Source of the DNA: a virus
DNA length: 21,133 nucleotides
Virus record (IMG/VR): IMGVR_UViG_3300020185_000302
Reading direction: 5' to 3' (one strand)
A program made the position numbers and the translations under genes. The notes under the pieces were generated by a model. It was not told where the DNA came from, searched no databases, and worked only from the letters and a program-made list of their open reading frames with translations. Below, in pieces: positions 20,888 to 21,133 of the stretch. Position 1 is the stretch's first letter. Each line of letters opens with the position of its first letter.

Positions 20888-21133
20888 CTTGAAGTTTTAT
20901 CTTTAATGTTTTTATCAGTTCCTCTTTTGTAACCTCCAATCTTTCTTTTGCTATTTCAACATACTCCTCCGTAAAATCTATACCTATAAACTCCCTGTTT
21001 AATAACTTACATGCCAGTCCTGTTGTTCCACTACCCATAAAAGGGTCTAAGACATAGTCCCCTTCCCTTGTAAATAAGGTGATGAGGTAAGACATTAACT
21101 TAATAGGTTTAACGGTGGGGTGAATGTTTTTAT
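20874..21133 (-). CDS. DNA methyltransferase, 3' part (continuation of 794..1 across the circular junction). It is open at the window end.
   Basis: It encodes ...NIHPTVKPIKLMSYLITLFTREGDYVLDPFMGSGTTGLACKLLNREFIGIDFTEEYVEIAKERL...*. The AdoMet-binding motif I DPFMGSGTT is at 21021-21047. The track ORF 20874..21095 starts at an internal Met. Confidence 0.9.
   Translation of the reverse strand, partial: KNIHPTVKPIKLMSYLITLFTREGDYVLDPFMGSGTTGLACKLLNREFIGIDFTEEYVEIAKERLEVTKEELIKTLKIKLQGELF
21007..21133. repeat. Right copy of the 127-bp terminal overlap.
   Basis: It is identical to 1-127 by direct comparison. Confidence 0.95.

Noticed and set aside
1-21133. Lysogeny module, diversity-generating retroelement, toxin-antitoxin or defence/anti-defence cassette.
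   Set aside because: I recognised no integrase, repressor, reverse transcriptase or paired small-gene signature. The methyltransferase is the only obvious anti-restriction candidate.

Overview
The window is a complete small tailed-phage genome assembled as a circle. Bases 1-127 are identical to bases 21007-21133, so the unique length is 21,006 bp. The junction lies inside a DNA methyltransferase ORF, and its reading frame is preserved across the junction.

General properties:
- The sequence is AT-rich and every credible gene is on the minus strand. All plus-strand ORFs in the track look like shadow ORFs.
- Genes are tightly packed. Nine junctions are ATGA or TAATG stop/start overlaps.
- No start codon is preceded by a Shine-Dalgarno motif. 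The few intergenic regions carry TTTG / TAnnTTT(G/A)-type promoter-like boxes. Together with Pro/Thr linkers, this points (inference only) to a Bacteroidota-type, Flavobacteriia-like host.

Gene order in the direction of transcription (descending coordinates, circular):
1. Promoter, a 78-aa basic protein, and a terminator.
2. A promoter followed directly by a terminator.
3. HNH endonuclease, an ECF-like sigma factor, an AT-hook protein and the beta-class DNA methyltransferase.
4. A 94-aa ORF that carries the module the methyltransferase lacks.
5. A DUF5681-type small-terminase-like protein and the large terminase.
6. Two unknown proteins, one with two long Pro/Thr linkers, then a tail fibre.
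7. A holin-like protein, an HK97 gp10-like protein, two large tail-tip proteins and the tape measure.
8. An XkdF-like protein with a large insertion, a 56-aa membrane peptide, then scaffold, major capsid and a putative tail tube protein, followed by a terminator.
9. An unknown protein, the portal, a putative adaptor, a 62-aa ORF, and a repeat-rich structured intergenic region.

I could not recognise a replication, integration, endolysin, tRNA or CRISPR feature.

The points most worth follow-up are:
- the minimal, replication-gene-free genome with a scrambled morphogenesis gene order;
- the split and permuted methyltransferase;
- the promoter/terminator switch region at 2.2-3.0 kb;
- the XkdF domain insertion;
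- the Pro/Thr-linker modular virion protein.

All homology statements come from motif recognition by eye and need HMM or structure searches.
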